Assembly: GCA_951813565.1 (NCBI GenBank)
Contig: OX638351.1
Span: 4,896,001-4,960,000 of the forward strand
Reading direction: 5' to 3'
Source of the DNA: an uncultured Poribacteria bacterium
Lineage (GTDB): Bacteria > Poribacteria > WGA-4E > WGA-3G
Length of the DNA stretch: 64,000 nt
Shown here one piece after another: positions 40,322 through 50,963 of the stretch (positions are counted from its first letter, which is position 1; the number at the start of each line of letters is the position of its first letter). The position numbers and the translations under genes are program-made. The notes below the pieces were generated by a model. That model made no database searches, was not told the origin of the DNA, and saw nothing but the letters and a program-made list of their open reading frames with translations.

Positions 40322-40717
40322 TCATAACGGCAGCGCAAAACACAAAACATAACCATCATGATCCTTCAGTTCAAAAGCACGTAAACCGTCATCAGTATCT
40401 TCAAGCGGTTCGTGGAATTCTAATCCATTTGACTGATACTCAGCAAAAAGCGCATCCGGATCAGAAGTCAGAATAAAGGCATCCCAGCGTGCCCACGCAT
40501 GCCGAGTATGGTTTGGGACTGGGTGGATATATTCAGTAATCTGTTTGAGCAGTATCCGCACATTATCACGACACACGATACCAAAAAACGGATCGTCTTC
40601 AGGGACAAGTAAATCTGTTTTAAAACCGAGTTTTTGATTGTAGAATTCTATTGATTCAGCAAGGTTATCAACAATAAAAAAGGGATAGATTCTCTCAAGT
40701 GTTACATCTTTTTGCAT
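40322..40717 (-). CDS. VOC/glyoxalase/bleomycin-resistance family protein
   Basis: SIEFYNQKLGF and GLRAFELKDHDGYVLCF. Confidence 0.88.
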   Translation of the reverse strand: MQKDVTLERIYPFFIVDNLAESIEFYNQKLGFKTDLLVPEDDPFFGIVCRDNVRILLKQITEYIHPVPNHTRHAWARWDAFILTSDPDALFAEYQSNGLEFHEPLEDTDDGLRAFELKDHDGYVLCFALPL

Positions 40718-40782
40718 AGGAATTCTCCTTTATTTACATTTGCAATGTTTATAGTCGCGCAATTACTGTACCTTATAGATCT

Positions 40783-40858
40783 GTAGGGCGGGGTCCTTGT
40801 GCCCCGCCAATATTTGGAACATGCCAAGCAATGTGCGGGCACAAGGACCCGCACCTAC
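40783..40858. repeat. Inverted GTAG REP-like doublet (REPIN-like)
   Basis: GTAGGGCGGGGTCCTTGTGCCCCGCC ... GCGGGCACAAGGACCCGCACCTAC; similar doublets at 28018-28126 and 44302-44373. Confidence 0.75.
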
Positions 40859-40888
40859 AAAACAAATAGATTATTTTCGGACATTTTT

Positions 40889-41863
40889 ATGGCAATACTC
40901 AGATGGGGCATACTCGGTTGCGGCAATGTTGCAGAACATAAAGGCGGACCACCGCTTTACACTGTTGACGGTTCAGAACTCATTGCAGTCATGCGGCGTG
41001 ACCGCGCCAAAGCTGAATCCTTTGCAGAGCGGCACGGTGCAAAACGTTTCTATACCAACTTAGAGCAACTCCTATCAGATGACGAAATCAATGCGGTTTA
41101 CATTGCAACGCCGCCATATCTCCACTGCGAACAGACAATCCGTGCCGCACAAGTGGGCAAGCACGTTCTCTGTGAAAAACCGATGGCGATGACGGTAGAA
41201 GAGTGTCAACAGATGGTAGATGCGTGCCATGAAGCAGGTGTTACCTTGATGCTCGCTTACTACCGAAACCACTATCCGAATGTCGTGAAGATGAAAACGC
41301 TGATGGATGAAGGCGCAATCGGTGATGTCGTGCTGGCACGTATCAACTGCACAGGTTACTACAATCCGAATCGTCAAGATTTGAAGAATTGGCGGATAAA
41401 TCCAGAGATTAGCGGTGGCGGTGTGTTGATGGACATTGGTAGTCATCGCATCAGTCTGCTGCAGTATCTGATGGGAGACATCGCATCGGCACAAGGCTAC
41501 GCTGAAACGGTGCATTTGGACGCTGCGGTTGATGATTCTGCTGTGTTTTCCCTCCGTTTTGAAAGTGGCACGCATGCTGTTGCGAATATCAACTGGAATG
41601 TCGGCATCGGGATTGATGATGTTGAGGTATACGGCACTGCAGGCTGTTTACGGTGTTCGCCTCTGAATTCTGGGAATCTGACGCTTGAGACAAAATCAGA
41701 TGGACAAGTTGAGTTGCATCAAACGCCTCTGCCACATACGCATACAGGACTTGTGGAAGATTTTGTCAATCATCTCAAGACAGGTGAACCGATCCGATGT
41801 TCAGGTGAGTCGGGGATGCAGACAAATATTATCATTGAACAGATTTATGGGGATGGGCATTAA
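40889..41863 (+). CDS. Gfo/Idh/MocA family oxidoreductase
   Basis: WGILGCG, HVLCEKPMA and GGGVLMDIGSH; start at the ATG at 40889. Confidence 0.93.
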   Translation: MAILRWGILGCGNVAEHKGGPPLYTVDGSELIAVMRRDRAKAESFAERHGAKRFYTNLEQLLSDDEINAVYIATPPYLHCEQTIRAAQVGKHVLCEKPMAMTVEECQQMVDACHEAGVTLMLAYYRNHYPNVVKMKTLMDEGAIGDVVLARINCTGYYNPNRQDLKNWRINPEISGGGVLMDIGSHRISLLQYLMGDIASAQGYAETVHLDAAVDDSAVFSLRFESGTHAVANINWNVGIGIDDVEVYGTAGCLRCSPLNSGNLTLETKSDGQVELHQTPLPHTHTGLVEDFVNHLKTGEPIRCSGESGMQTNIIIEQIYGDGH

Positions 41864-41979
41864 GATTCATCGGGCTTACAAAGCCCTCCAACAAGATAGT
41901 ACTTCTTTATAATCGAAAATAATATCGGGCTTGGTGTCCATACTGGATAACCTCCAACAAGATAGTACTTCTTTATAAT

Positions 41980-43134
41980 CTATTGCTTAATCCGCTTGGA
42001 TTCCAAAGTCAACCATTCACCATAACCGCGCGGCATTTCCGCAGGCGGTTGTAATCCCGATTCCTCTCGCCATCGTAATAACGGATGCCTACGGTCAGCC
42101 TGCGGTAGATTCACACGCGTGCCGTAAGCTGCAGATTCAAAGATGCCCATCATCATCTCAATGACGTGTCTTCCCTCATGTCCACTGCACACATGTGGTC
42201 TTCCTTCATCCAAGGCATTTACATAATCCTCAACAAACCAGTAATCCATTTCGGATGCACTGCTTTTCGGATTGTAATGTTCGGGATACATTAATTCTAA
42301 CGATTCCCATTTGTCATTGTTGCCATCAGGCAGATAGTGTGGCGTTGGCAAATAATATGCACCACCCATTTTCCAGAAAAGTCTTCCTTCAGTTCCAAAC
42401 AGTTCCATTGTGTAGGCATTCGTATCCATTTTTTCAAAACGGTGCTGAAGTAACGTACCAGTCACGTTTCCTTCATATTGCATTGTCGCGGTGATATATT
42501 CTCCAGCAATAGTTCCCATGCCACTCGGTGATGGGACAACGTCTTCGGGCGTAATCGGCTTTCCACCAGTTGTCAGTTGTGCTACGACGCTTTCACACCG
42601 CTTGCCAAAATGTAGCATGTTGTTTAGCATGTGTGTACCGATGTTCATCAAGCCATAACCACCGTAGTAGCCTTTTCCGCTGCCGTACATATACCGCAAT
42701 TCACCGATCTTACCAGCATTGAAAGCACACGCAATTGTCTGCATAGATGCACCAACTCTACCCTGATGATGCACAGCAACTTGCACACCTTTTTCCTCAG
42801 CTTTGTCAATTACAGCATCCGCTTGCCCAAGATCAACACACATCGGCTTTTCTACTTCTATATGCACACCGTGTTCTAATACACGCATACACAAATCGTA
42901 GTGAAACTCTGTGCCGGTAGGAATCGCAACGATGTCAGGTGAGGTTTCCCGAATCATCTCATCAAGATCGGCGAACCGTGCTGTGACGTTTATCTCTGCA
43001 CCTAATGTCCTACGTCTCTCCTCAACCAAGTCGCAGAGTCCAACAATTTCCGTGCGTGGATGCGCGTGATATGCCCGGGCAGCTGCTGTTCCGCGTCCCC
43101 TACAACCCAAAATAGCAACTCGGTATGTCTTCAT
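41980..43134 (-). CDS. Gfo/Idh/MocA family oxidoreductase
   Basis: VAILGCRGRG, VEKPM and LMNIGTH; start at the ATG at 43134. Confidence 0.9.
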   Translation of the reverse strand: MKTYRVAILGCRGRGTAAARAYHAHPRTEIVGLCDLVEERRRTLGAEINVTARFADLDEMIRETSPDIVAIPTGTEFHYDLCMRVLEHGVHIEVEKPMCVDLGQADAVIDKAEEKGVQVAVHHQGRVGASMQTIACAFNAGKIGELRYMYGSGKGYYGGYGLMNIGTHMLNNMLHFGKRCESVVAQLTTGGKPITPEDVVPSPSGMGTIAGEYITATMQYEGNVTGTLLQHRFEKMDTNAYTMELFGTEGRLFWKMGGAYYLPTPHYLPDGNNDKWESLELMYPEHYNPKSSASEMDYWFVEDYVNALDEGRPHVCSGHEGRHVIEMMMGIFESAAYGTRVNLPQADRRHPLLRWREESGLQPPAEMPRGYGEWLTLESKRIKQ

Positions 43135-43305
43135 AGATTTCTCCTGTGTTGGAAAATTTCCATATCTGTTTGTCATACAAGCCCTGAATATCTGCACAGT
43201 AGCACAAGTTTACAAACTTATCAATTCAAATTGGTGTAGAAATAAGGTAAGTGAGTTCTCCAGCAGCATTGATCTTCTGCTCGAACCTCATTTTGGACAA
43301 AGCAG

Positions 43306-43334
43306 TTGATAAATTATACATATTCTGATATAAT
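43306..43334 (+). promoter_or_regulatory. Sigma70-type promoter
   Basis: TTGATA-17 bp-TATAAT upstream of the methyltransferase gene. Confidence 0.55.
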
Positions 43335-43406
43335 TTCTCCACAAAAAAGTAAATCTAATCCAAATCTAATAGCGTGTTTTGAAAGCACTATTAAGAAACG
43401 AAACGC

Positions 43407-44270
43407 ATGTCTAAACACCATCTCTATTATGGAGATAACCTCACAATTCTTCAGAAGTATGTTTCTGATGAGAGTATCAACTTAATATATATTGACCCAC
43501 CCTTTAACACTGGAAGGTATCGACTGCGTACTGAAATACAAGTTGAGCAAGATGATCAAGGTGACCGAGTGGGATTCCAAGGCAAGATATATAAAACTCA
43601 CAGAGGGAAAACCAGGCACTACTCTGATAAGTTCAAAAGTTCGGATGCCTATCTCGCGTTTTTGCGCCTCCGTTTTGAAGAGGCGTATCGAGTCCTGAAC
43701 CCGCAAGGTAGTTTTTTTCTACATATTGATTACCGAGAGGTGCATTACTGTAAAGTGATACTTGATGAAATTTTTGGGCGGGACTCCTTTGTCAATGAAA
43801 TTATTTGGGCTTACGATTACGGTGGGAGGTCTAAGTCTCGATGGCCTACCAAACACGATAACATCTTGTGGTACGCTAAAACACCGAAACATTATACCTT
43901 CAATTTTGATGAGATGGATCGGATTCCGTATATGGCACCGGGGTTGGTGGGTAAAGAGAAGGCGGCGCGAGGCAAAACACCAACAGACGTGTGGTGGCAT
44001 ACAATTGTTAGCACCAATGGACAAGAAAAAACCGGTTATCCGACACAAAAACCGCTCGGAATTCTTAATCGTATTGTCAAGGTGCATTCATCGCCAGGAG
44101 ATACGCTTTTGGATTTTTTTGCCGGTAGCGGATCGTTCGGGGAAGCTGCAGCGTTGCACAACCGTTCCTCAATTTTAATTGATAATAATATCCCGGCAAT
44201 CCACAGTATCATGAGTAGATTAGCGGTTTTTGGGGTTGAACTTGTCAATGCTGATTACGAAACTTTGTAA
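43407..44270 (+). CDS. Beta-class N6-adenine/N4-cytosine DNA methyltransferase (orphan)
   Basis: IYIDPPF precedes YPTQKP and LDFFAGSGS. Confidence 0.93.
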   Translation: MSKHHLYYGDNLTILQKYVSDESINLIYIDPPFNTGRYRLRTEIQVEQDDQGDRVGFQGKIYKTHRGKTRHYSDKFKSSDAYLAFLRLRFEEAYRVLNPQGSFFLHIDYREVHYCKVILDEIFGRDSFVNEIIWAYDYGGRSKSRWPTKHDNILWYAKTPKHYTFNFDEMDRIPYMAPGLVGKEKAARGKTPTDVWWHTIVSTNGQEKTGYPTQKPLGILNRIVKVHSSPGDTLLDFFAGSGSFGEAAALHNRSSILIDNNIPAIHSIMSRLAVFGVELVNADYETL

Positions 44271-44590
44271 AAAAATTTTGAAAATATTTCATAAATGACT
44301 TGTAGGGCGAGGTCCCTGTGCCTCGCCGTTTCTTGGTTAGAAGACGACGGGCGAGCGCAGGGACCGCCCCTACAATTTATAGTGAACTTGAAAAATAAAG
44401 ATACACATTTTCTGTAGGAGCGATCTCCGAATCGCGACGAAACTCACTGATAGTCGGGAATCGGAGTTCCCTCCTACCTTGAGGACAGCAGCTATCGGAA
44501 AAGTTGCGGAATGCAAACCCAAACAAGAGGAACATGTGAAATATAAATATACCAAATGTTAACTGGCACAACGCGTTATATTGAGTATTA

Positions 44591-44747
44591 TAACCCAAGT
44601 TGCTACCTATATCGCGAATGCTCTTGTAGGAGGGGTTTCTAACCCCGATTTAGAATAAAAAACATAAGAATCAGCGAAAAAGCCTTGTTTTTTCAGTAAA
44701 AAGCAGTGTTTGCTAACTTGAAATCTTGTCCGTAGCAACTTAGGTTA
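44591..44747. mobile_element. MITE, TAACCYAAGTTGCTAC family (157 bp), TTA target duplication
   Basis: TTA|TAACCCAAGTTGCTAC...GTAGCAACTTAGGTTA|TTA. Confidence 0.8.
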
Positions 44748-44883
44748 TTATACGAAAAATTAAAATATGTTTCCTATCTTTTTAAGTTCAAATGTCTCTT
44801 TTAGGTAAGTGATCCATTCAAGGTAAATAGTCAATAAGAATATTATCGGTAAATTCGACATAGTAGACACCGGAGGCATCAAA

Positions 44884-45543
44884 ATGAAAAGACTAAAGCA
44901 AATTTCAGAACAGATCAAAGAGAACATCGACCAATTTATAGCGGCAGCGGAAAACAACAAATCTCCGCTTGAAAAAACTATCGTTGATATGAAAAGACGG
45001 ATCGCGGAGGCGAAAGAACTTGTGGCTACAGCGATTGCGGAAGAGCAAAGACTCAAACAAGCATACTATGAAGCCGTTGAGACAGCACAAGTATGGAGTG
45101 AAAAAGTTGACGCTATTTCGCAGGATGGACACACGAAAAGCGTAAAGGAAGCACAACTGCATTTGCAACGCGTAAATGATTTAGAACGACAAATTCACGC
45201 CCAGGAAGCAGTTGTAGCAGACCTAAAAACTGCTTTGTATGAATTTTATCAACAATTCCGAGACGCAGCGAAACGGGCGGAAACGTTATCCCAACGTCAA
45301 AAACAGGCTGAAACGCGGGCAGAATTCTATAAATTATTAGCAGAATTTGATCTATCTGAGGATAATGTCGCATTTCAACAGGCAGAACAAGAGCTTAAAG
45401 AGACAGAAACCGAAGCAGAAATGTGGGAACAACGAAACCGCCGCGCCGCAGCCCAAACGGAAACAATAGAAGACAATTTAGACATTGATGAAACACTCGC
45501 AGCACTTAAAAGTGAAATTCTTGGCAGTGGTCAAAATGATTGA
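44884..45543 (+). CDS. PspA/IM30 family protein
   Basis: 219-aa coiled coil; KENIDQFI..P.EKTIVDM..VATAIAEEQRL; C-terminal IDETLAALK. Confidence 0.8.
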   Translation: MKRLKQISEQIKENIDQFIAAAENNKSPLEKTIVDMKRRIAEAKELVATAIAEEQRLKQAYYEAVETAQVWSEKVDAISQDGHTKSVKEAQLHLQRVNDLERQIHAQEAVVADLKTALYEFYQQFRDAAKRAETLSQRQKQAETRAEFYKLLAEFDLSEDNVAFQQAEQELKETETEAEMWEQRNRRAAAQTETIEDNLDIDETLAALKSEILGSGQND

Positions 45544-46294
45544 AACCTTAAATCTGACCAAATATTTCGGTAAATTGTGTGCTGTAGATTCACTCATGCT
45601 ACATGTAGACTCAGGTGAAATATTTGGGTTTCTCGGTCCTAATGGGGCAGGTAAGACAACCACAATCAATATGCTTACAGGTTTACTTCGTCCAACATCT
45701 GGCACGGCGACACTCGGTGGGTACGATATTCAGAAACAGAGTTTACAGGCAAAGGCAATCCTTGGTCTTATGCCAGATACACCACAACTCTATGAAGCGT
45801 TGAGCGGCAGGCAGTTTGTGCGTATGATAGCCGATTTATATGAGGTGCCACCGCAACAAGCTGAAAACGAAATGGATGCGCTGCTTGAACAACTTGAGCT
45901 TACTGATGCCGCTGATGACCAAATCAAAGGGTATTCCTACGGTATGCAGAAGAAAATTCTGCTTATCTCTGTCCTCATACATCACCCAAAAATTCTGTTC
46001 CTTGATGAACCGACAAGTGGATTAGACCCGAGAAGCGCACGCACTGTTAGAGAAATTTTGCGCGAACGATGTGAACAAGGCTGCACCGTCTTTATGACGA
46101 CACACATTCTTGAAATTGCAGAACGTATTTGTGACAGAGTTGGAATTATCAGTAAAGGCCAACTTATTGCTGTCGGAACGCTTGCCGAATTACAGGCAAA
46201 GAAACGAGAATTGCGTGCACAACCCACAGACATTGACCCGCATCGGACAGAGACGTTGGAGGATATTTTTCTCGATCTTACTGCAGATGCCTAA
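45536..46294 (+). CDS. ABC transporter ATP-binding protein
   Basis: GPNGAGKTT, YSYGM, LFLDEPTSGLDP and TTH. Confidence 0.95.
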   Translation: MIETLNLTKYFGKLCAVDSLMLHVDSGEIFGFLGPNGAGKTTTINMLTGLLRPTSGTATLGGYDIQKQSLQAKAILGLMPDTPQLYEALSGRQFVRMIADLYEVPPQQAENEMDALLEQLELTDAADDQIKGYSYGMQKKILLISVLIHHPKILFLDEPTSGLDPRSARTVREILRERCEQGCTVFMTTHILEIAERICDRVGIISKGQLIAVGTLAELQAKKRELRAQPTDIDPHRTETLEDIFLDLTADA

Positions 46295-46465
46295 AGAGTG
46301 AATTTGACTAAAGTCCGAAGTGAATCGAAACCGAGTGCGTGTTTGGTATTTAGCGGATTACTATCGGGCTTATAAAGCCTTCCCACACAAGAAAGAATAA
46401 ACGCTAAATTGACACCTATAGATATTTTAAGGTTCAACCCAACCTGCACGCTGTTTGGAGTTTAG

Positions 46466-48103
46466 ATGTTAAAAAGTATTAAGATATTGCTCAAGGCGGA
46501 TTGCTATGCATGGCTGAACAGTTTTAAACACGATAAACAAGCATGGCGTAAAAGCGTTTTAAAGGGTATCGGCTACCTCATTTTCATCGTGGCGTTGTCG
46601 GTGTTAGGTTATTCACTTTTCTCACATTTGCGGTCCACAGACGCACCGTCTCAGATGCTTTTGAGCGTGATTAACGGGTTCATGGTATTCGGAATTATTG
46701 TGGTCGCAAAGGAATTAATGGAAAGTTCATTGAGAATTTTATATGAAGCACCAGACACCCCACTGTTACACGCTGCACCAATTAAACCTGTAGCAATCTT
46801 TGGGTATAAATTTATTCATATTACGGCAACCCGTTTATTGAGCATTCTCTGCTTTTTGGGACCACCGTGGGTAGTTTTTGGTGTGATTTATGAATTGCCA
46901 TGGCATTTTTTTCCGGTTCTTTTGCCTGTTTCAGTTTGCCTACTGATAACGATCGCGAGTTTTATTACTATCAAAATGATGGTAATAGCAAGATACTTTT
47001 CATCTGTAGGTCTACTAACCACGCTAAAGGTAATCGGGACTGCTATAGGTGTGGCAGTAGGTTTTCTGCTATCCTTCACCTTGCTTTCCGGATCCGATAC
47101 AGTACCAGTGAAACGTATTTTTCTTGATTGGGCTTCTGCAAGAACAGGAGATGCGGCAGCCACATGGTATCCACACGACTGGATGGGAAAACTTCTCTTG
47201 AGTTGGGGGACTGAATCTACAGTCTGGATGCGGACGAAATGGGCGCTTGTCGGATTTGGCATAACGTCTGTTTTTACTGTATTAGCAATATTCACAGCAC
47301 AAGGGATATACCAACGTGGATGGGAAAACATCCGACAATTGAAATCGAAACGTAAACCTGCACGGACAAACGAAAACGCTGCTACTGCTCCACTTAGCGG
47401 AATAATGATAATTTTCGGACGTGGCAAGATACAATCCCTGATGTTAAAGGACTTTTTGATCTTCATCAAGTATACTGGACGGGTGATTGCTATCGTCATG
47501 TTGACAATCTTTTTGGTGGTCCACATCGGTTATTTGCTTGTGAGTGGCGGCAGTGTGGCATCAAACGCAGCAGAAATCCTCACTGTTCAAGTGCTTCTGT
47601 ATAGTTTGCTTATCACTTTTGGGATCAGTTGCAACGGTCTACGAGATGAAGCGAAAACATGGTGGATGCTGAAATCTGCTCCTATTACACCACAATTGGT
47701 ATTCACCAGCAAATTTTTGACAGCTTTGTTGTGTGCGTTGATATATGCGGAATTCTGGTCCCTAATTGCTGTTTTCATGCTTCAAATGACTGCTGACAAT
47801 GTTGTGCCGGTACTTCTTACACCTTTCATAGCGTTACCGACAGGATGTGCATTGAATACAATGATTGGTACGTTGCCGTGGATGGCGGAACTGACGCATC
47901 AACCGAAACCTGTTTTAAGAGTTTTAACTTTCACCGTGACGCTCATTATTGATGTAGTATTTGTCATCGCACCGGTAATTGCATGGTACACGAAAAATTA
48001 TATTATATTTTTAGTGTTGCTAACCATTCTATGGGTAGTTTTCATGATTTCGTATAGACACGGAATAGGAAATCTGCGAAAATTGTTAGTAGCACAACCT
48101 TGA
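46466..48103 (+). CDS. Putative ABC-2-type exporter permease
   Basis: Polytopic membrane protein with two similar halves (LLHAAPIKP, MLKSAPITP), following the ATPase. Confidence 0.8.
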   Translation: MLKSIKILLKADCYAWLNSFKHDKQAWRKSVLKGIGYLIFIVALSVLGYSLFSHLRSTDAPSQMLLSVINGFMVFGIIVVAKELMESSLRILYEAPDTPLLHAAPIKPVAIFGYKFIHITATRLLSILCFLGPPWVVFGVIYELPWHFFPVLLPVSVCLLITIASFITIKMMVIARYFSSVGLLTTLKVIGTAIGVAVGFLLSFTLLSGSDTVPVKRIFLDWASARTGDAAATWYPHDWMGKLLLSWGTESTVWMRTKWALVGFGITSVFTVLAIFTAQGIYQRGWENIRQLKSKRKPARTNENAATAPLSGIMIIFGRGKIQSLMLKDFLIFIKYTGRVIAIVMLTIFLVVHIGYLLVSGGSVASNAAEILTVQVLLYSLLITFGISCNGLRDEAKTWWMLKSAPITPQLVFTSKFLTALLCALIYAEFWSLIAVFMLQMTADNVVPVLLTPFIALPTGCALNTMIGTLPWMAELTHQPKPVLRVLTFTVTLIIDVVFVIAPVIAWYTKNYIIFLVLLTILWVVFMISYRHGIGNLRKLLVAQP

Positions 48104-48158
48104 AAATTTACTTATTTGGCTAATTACGAGTTATCAAATACACTTGAAAGAAGGAAAA

Positions 48159-48674
48159 ATGTTAATACAATACGAAGGTATAACACCGAATGTACATTCC
48201 TCTGTATTTGTCGCGCCAGGAGCGATGATAATTGGAGATGTAACAATTGGTGAAGAATCGAATGTGTGGTTCAACTGTGTGCTACGGGGTGACTTAGAAC
48301 CGATCCGTATCGGGTACCGAACAAACATTCAGGACGGAACGGTGATACACATGGACAAAGAGATTCCGTGTCTTATCGGTGATGATGTTACTATCGGACA
48401 CGGTGCTATTCTTCATAGCTGCGCTATTGAGAACGAAGCACTGATCGGAATGGGGGCAATCCTCCTGACAGGGTGCAAAATTGGTGAACGTGCAATTGTT
48501 GCGGCAGGCACGCTTGTACCTGAAGGACAGGAAATCCCTCCTGGGACAGTTGCAATGGGTGTGCCAGCAAAAGTCCGACGAGAGGCTACTGAGGCAGAAT
48601 TTGAACGCGTCCGACACGGTAAAGATGATTACGTTTTACGTGGCAGATTGATGAAAGACAGTTTAAAAACATAA
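48159..48674 (+). CDS. Gamma carbonic anhydrase family (hexapeptide repeat) protein
   Basis: LRGD, NIQDGTVIH and IGHGAILH. Confidence 0.92.
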   Translation: MLIQYEGITPNVHSSVFVAPGAMIIGDVTIGEESNVWFNCVLRGDLEPIRIGYRTNIQDGTVIHMDKEIPCLIGDDVTIGHGAILHSCAIENEALIGMGAILLTGCKIGERAIVAAGTLVPEGQEIPPGTVAMGVPAKVRREATEAEFERVRHGKDDYVLRGRLMKDSLKT

Positions 48675-48784
48675 TTTTGTGTAGGTTTAAAATAAAAAAT
48701 CAAGCGTAGGTTGGGTAGAGCGTAGCGAAACCCAACAATTCAACCGTTGGGGTGTAAAATAGTTGGGTTTCACGTTGTTCTACC

Positions 48785-48985
48785 CATAGGCGTCAATTTA
48801 GTGCCTGATTTTCTTGTGGGAGGGCTTTCTAAGCCCGATATTGTGAGACTCAAACCGTTATATCGGGGTTGAAAACCCGCCAAATGCCAAAAAGCGCATT
48901 TGGCGTTGATTTGGCAGCATGCCACACGCGCATGCTGCGTTGATTCACTCCCACAAGAGGATATATCCTAAAATTGACACCTATG
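48785..48985. mobile_element. MITE, CATAGGTGTCAATTTA family, 19-bp target duplication
   Basis: GGTTTCACGTTGTTCTACC occurs at 48766-48784 and 48986-49004, inside a REP-like hairpin. Confidence 0.85.
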
Positions 48986-49211
48986 GGTTTCACGTTGTTC
49001 TACCCAACCTACAGCATTTTTCGAACTCACGCAACAGTGTACATATAATTCTATTTTTTGGTTTTATAGCGGATTCTACAATTAACTGGACATCTGAGCT
49101 GTCCGAGGGAACTCCGATTCCTGACTAACAGTGGTTTCGTCGCGATTCGGAGATCGCTCCTACAGAATATATGTGAACTTATTTACATAATTTACTATAA
49201 AAAGGAAAGTT

Positions 49212-50252
49212 ATGGCGAAACACACATGTTTAATGATTGGTGGCAGCGGTATGGCTGGGGGTTGGATTCACAACTTCAGAAGTAATTTCAGTGACCGCGT
49301 TGAGATTGTTGGTTTAGCAGATGTAAAAACAGATGTCCTTAAAAATCAAGGTGAGGTTTTGGGACTTAGTTCCTCACAGCTTTTCACCGATTTTAACGAG
49401 GCGTGTGCCTCTGTCAAGGCAGATTTTTGCGGTGTGGCGACCCCACCTAAATTTCATAGCCCCGCTGCAGTTGCAGCGATGGAAAATGGTATGCCTGTTA
49501 TTTGCGAAAAACCGATTGCTGATACTTTAGACGCAGCAAAAGCGATGGTACGCACATCACAAAAAACGGGATTGCCGTGTGCTATTATCCAAAACTATCG
49601 TTATGCAAACAATAAACAGGAATTGGTACGCATCCGTGAGGAAGGTAAATTAGGACGTCTCCAACATATCGTAGGCAGATACGCGTGTGATTACCGCCGC
49701 TATCTCTCATGGGGTGTAGATTGGCGGCACGATATGGATTTTAGCCTTCTTTTTGAGGCATCAGTACATCACCTTGATATGCTCCGATTTCTCTCTGGCG
49801 GCGACTGTGAAACGCTGGTTGGCTTCGGTTGGAACCCCGAATGGTCAAGTTTCAAGCATTTTTCAAGCGGATACTATTTAATGCGGATGGACAATGGGGT
49901 TCACACATCCTATGAGGGAAACAGCACCGCTGCAGGTATTATAAATTGTTGGAATGGTGAACACTACCGCGCCGAATTTGAGGAAGGTGCAGTCGAAATT
50001 GCAGGTGGAAACCAAATGACGATCCATCGCGTCGGTGGCGAGAAAGAGGTCTATGAAGCTCCAGGTATCCCTTATTATGCCCATCAACATCTGTTTGATG
50101 AGTTCCTGAATTGGCTTGAAGGAGGCAAACCCTCAGACACACGGATTGAAGACAATATCAAGAGTTTTGTCCTTGTCATCGCTGCGATGGAGACGACAGT
50201 TGATGGTCAACCCAAGCAGATTGCTGATTATCTAAGCGATTTGGATCTCTAA
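49212..50252 (+). CDS. Gfo/Idh/MocA family oxidoreductase
   Basis: IGGSGMA, VICEKPIA, QNYRY and EASVHHLD. Confidence 0.92.
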   Translation: MAKHTCLMIGGSGMAGGWIHNFRSNFSDRVEIVGLADVKTDVLKNQGEVLGLSSSQLFTDFNEACASVKADFCGVATPPKFHSPAAVAAMENGMPVICEKPIADTLDAAKAMVRTSQKTGLPCAIIQNYRYANNKQELVRIREEGKLGRLQHIVGRYACDYRRYLSWGVDWRHDMDFSLLFEASVHHLDMLRFLSGGDCETLVGFGWNPEWSSFKHFSSGYYLMRMDNGVHTSYEGNSTAAGIINCWNGEHYRAEFEEGAVEIAGGNQMTIHRVGGEKEVYEAPGIPYYAHQHLFDEFLNWLEGGKPSDTRIEDNIKSFVLVIAAMETTVDGQPKQIADYLSDLDL

Positions 50253-50350
50253 TATTGAATGTAACGTTGAGACCGATAAATCGAGCCATACGCTATTCTG
50301 ACAATTAGCAGACAGTATGCCGATACATGTCGGGTGTCGCAAGCTCTACC

Positions 50351-50603
50351 CATAGGTGTAAACTTAAGAAAAAAATGCTGGATTTTTTCTTGTGGGAGGG
50401 CTTTCTAAGCCCGATAGAATACTCGGACATTGTGGGAGGGAGACCTTGTCCGCCCGATTGAACGAGATTCAAGCAGAAAATCCAAATCAACGCAGCATGC
50501 GCGTATGGCATGCTGCGGGGTTGAAAACCCGCCAAATGCCAAAAAGCGCATTTGACGTTGATTCACTCCCACAAGAGGATATATCCTTAAATTGACACCT
50601 ATG
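50351..50603. mobile_element. MITE, CATAGGTGTCAATTTA family, 19-bp target duplication
   Basis: GGGTGTCGCAAGCTCTACC occurs at 50332-50350 and 50604-50622. Confidence 0.85.
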
Positions 50604-50636
50604 GGGTGTCGCAAGCTCTACCCGACCTACAAGACT

Positions 50637-50963
50637 ATGTACAATCAAAACCCCGAAATACCAACTGTTCTTGAGGATATTCCAGAATCCGAACAACACG
50701 TTCTGCTTGAAAAACTGGCACAATGGATTGTGCGCCGAAGTTTAACCGCGCCCGCTATTCTTTTTCTTGAGACAGGCAAACCTTTAAACTTTTTGGGATC
50801 GCAATTATTGATTGCTTTTAGTCCTTTTGTGCAAGCGTTTTTCAAAGGAGATCAGTACCATAAAATCGCTCTAATTCTTGAGAAAGACGAAAACGTTGAA
50901 TTACTCATACAACTTATAGAAAATCCAAAGGATGATACATCAAATGAAATAGGAGAAACTTGA
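50637..50963 (+). CDS. Hypothetical protein
   Basis: LEKLAQWIVRRSLTAPAILFLETGKPLNFLGSQ; its stop overlaps the next start. Confidence 0.75.
   Translation: MYNQNPEIPTVLEDIPESEQHVLLEKLAQWIVRRSLTAPAILFLETGKPLNFLGSQLLIAFSPFVQAFFKGDQYHKIALILEKDENVELLIQLIENPKDDTSNEIGET

Noticed and set aside
41885..41980. 30-bp direct repeat (41885-41914 and 41951-41980)
   Set aside because: Two copies between convergent genes, apparently a local duplication of a degenerate REP-like unit with no further structure.
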